Of a stretch of DNA of 54,483 nt, positions 52,673-54,483 are shown piece after piece. Position numbers and translations under genes: made by a program. The notes beneath the pieces were generated by a model. That model ran no database searches. It worked only from the letters and a program-made list of their open reading frames with translations, and was not told where the DNA came from. Source of the stretch: Nostoc sp. DedSLP01 (GTDB lineage: Bacteria > Cyanobacteriota > Cyanobacteriia > Cyanobacteriales > Nostocaceae); the NCBI GenBank assembly GCA_034530875.2, contig JAVRCJ020000045.1:1-54483 (forward strand), given 5' to 3'. Every line of letters starts with the position of its first letter. Positions within the stretch are counted from its first letter, which is position 1.

Positions 52673-53299
52673 ATGGAATATATTGCTTATTCATCTATGT
52701 TCGTGGCCTACGAAGAGGCAAACGGTCAGGCAAAATCTATCGACTATGAATTTCCCAAGTTTGACTTAGATTGGAAGAAATCTCTGAAATCTTCTGTTTG
52801 GTTATCGTTAGCTGGTTTTATAGTATTTTTTACAGCTATTACCCAAGTATCAGCAGCATTAGGCGCTTATGTCAGAACTAACGGCAGTTGTCTTAACGTG
52901 CGTGTAAACCCCTACACTAGTTCTTCAGTTGTAGACTGTATTCCCAACGGTACTAGAATTACCAGCACTGGTAGAGCCAATGGTTTTGTTCGCCTATCCA
53001 GAAATAGATATGTAGCTGCAAGATGGGTAGGTGATACGTATAACTCTCGTTCAAACAACCCAACGTCTGCTGGAGTAGGTGGACGCATCACACTCAGTTA
53101 TGGTTTTAGAGGTTCTGCTGTATCACAAGTACAAAGGCGTTTAGGGATTAATCCTACAGGTTATTACGGAAATACGACTATTGGGCTAGTCCGGCAGTTT
53201 CAAGCCAACAATGGTTTGCGTGTCGATGGTATAGTCGGCCCCCAAACTCGCAGTGCTTTATTTGGATCGTATAGCACTGTAAATGAAGGATACTTATAA
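52673..53299 (+). CDS. SH3b + peptidoglycan-binding domain protein
   Basis: CLNVR..P and GSAVSQVQRRL...FQANNGLRVDGIVGPQT. Confidence 0.9.
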   Translation: MEYIAYSSMFVAYEEANGQAKSIDYEFPKFDLDWKKSLKSSVWLSLAGFIVFFTAITQVSAALGAYVRTNGSCLNVRVNPYTSSSVVDCIPNGTRITSTGRANGFVRLSRNRYVAARWVGDTYNSRSNNPTSAGVGGRITLSYGFRGSAVSQVQRRLGINPTGYYGNTTIGLVRQFQANNGLRVDGIVGPQTRSALFGSYSTVNEGYL

Positions 53300-53435
53300 A
53301 CCGAGACGGGTGACATCCCTAGGTGGCTGGTGCGGATCTTCAGAGGCTGCGGTGGATAAAGAAGGTATTTGACTGTGGGCGATCGCATTCCAGCCAAGCA
53401 CCATTGCGATCGCCATTAAACTAATTATTACAAAC
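53300..53435 (-). pseudogene. N-terminal fragment of a second MscS paralog
   Basis: FVIISLMAIAMVLGWNAIAHSQIPSLSTAASEDPHQPPRDVTRLG versus FVLVSVMTIAIVLGWSAIAHSQLSSSPTAASNNPYKPPKGVTRLG in the intact gene. Confidence 0.85.
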
Positions 53436-54413
53436 CTGACGGGGCGACAAGGAGGCTAGAGGGCTGATTGAATAAGGGTCATAGCACGTAGACACTGTTG
53501 GAAATAGGGTAGTTTACCAGGCTTGAGATGCACAAGTGCGATCGCCAAATCTGACCAAAACTCCATAGCAGCTACCCATAAATACCCATATAATCTAATC
53601 CAAAAAGTACTATGTCGGCGTGTATAACGCTTTAATTCTTGAAGGCGACCAATATATTGTTGTAGCCCCATTTTTCGGGATTTGCGACCAGCTAAAACTG
53701 CAATTGTGTAGGCGATTGCAATCAATAAAATTAGTGCAATTAATCGTTGTCCAGTTGCGTGGCTTGATTCTAAATTATAACCACACGGCACTTGCTTCAA
53801 GTCGGCAAAGCCGCCCAACGCAGTGCCTCCACTTTTACAATCTTTAAACATAGCTTCGATGCCACTCCGCAACTTAAATGCTTTAACGGCATCTGGAAGG
53901 CTATCAAGGTTCGTTAACAAAAACCACCCAGCAGACTCAAGCTTACCACGGTATTTGCGCTTGTAATATCCAACCAAATTAAATTTGGCAAAACCTTTCT
54001 GTTTGGTAGCTTGAATTTCTGGCAGAAACAATGAGATACCAGGATTTAATCCTAAAGATTGTAAGCGTTGGTATGGCTGTTTTTCGTGTCGAATATAAGT
54101 GCCTTGTTTTTGACGCAATACAAAGCCAATTTCCTTGCTCTGTAACCAATTTGCCAGTTTTATACTATGAAACTCCCTATCTCCTAGCACAAGAATTTGA
54201 TATCCCTTGAATAACCGCAGCAATGGTCGTATTAATTTTTTCTGCTCTCCTAAATTACTACATCCTCTTTTGGGTAACAATAGCCAATTAACAGGTATTG
54301 CTCTTTTTTGTTCAATTAAACTAATTACAAATACATTTTGTGAACGCCACTGTGTTCTATCAATGGCGAATATCAGTCTTTTTTCTCCTATTTTGAGACT
54401 ATTTTTTACCCAT
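53436..54413 (-). mobile_element. IS4-family element, transposase 5'-truncated
   Basis: AIDRTQW, GDREF, WFLLTNL, R.GIEAMFKDCK DDE motifs; end ctgacggggcgacaag at 53436. Confidence 0.88.
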
Positions 54414-54483
54414 CTAGGACTTACGCATTGACAGATGTTTGACTATGTGTATTCAAGCCCATCTGTCTTTGCAAGTGTTCCAA
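54414..54483. mobile_element. Terminus of a second IS/MITE interrupting the IS4 transposase
   Basis: ctaggacttacgcattgacag, a recurrent Nostocales element end, at the point where transposase homology stops. Confidence 0.65.

Larger units (their letters stand above)
36637..54483. mobile_element. Genomic island integrated at tRNA-Cys (right end not seen)
   Basis: Integrase next to tRNA 3' end, followed by gene fragments, accessory cargo, MITE and IS. Confidence 0.75.

Overview
Chromosomal window from a heterocyst-forming cyanobacterium (Nostocales-like: abundant HIP1 GCGATCGC sites, STRR heptamer repeats, psbA, cpcT). It alternates core genes (psbA 3' end, clpS, rpoZ, GH13 glucanase, glgC, cpcT, tRNA-Pro, tRNA-Cys) with three accessory zones. 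(1) About 3.3-10.8 kb is a decayed island: a shattered A-KR-T/C-A NRPS pair, a MITE, IS1634/HsdR/integrase/WD40 fragments and two copies of the moaE 3' end. (2) 21.1-22.6 kb is a cassette wedged between the divergent cobalt genes coaR and coaT. It encodes a SUKH immunity protein, a zinc-deaminase toxin frame missed by the ORF track (no canonical start) and an Imm1 immunity protein. (3) From 36.6 kb to the end is an integrase-headed island at tRNA-Cys. It carries a pair of STAND-like AAA_35 NTPases (HTH-AAA_35 and AAA_35-PAS-WD40), divergent from clusters of secreted/envelope genes (including PrsW, MscS, SH3b/PG-binding proteins). Two of these clusters share a duplicated upstream region with three tandem 9+9 bp boxes each, suggesting an undescribed regulon. 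Also present: a solo TnpB element with intact RuvC residues, several MITEs, in-frame small-repeat insertions, and an S8 protease followed by a free-standing copy of its own prodomain. All calls come from reading and motif recognition; no searches were run.
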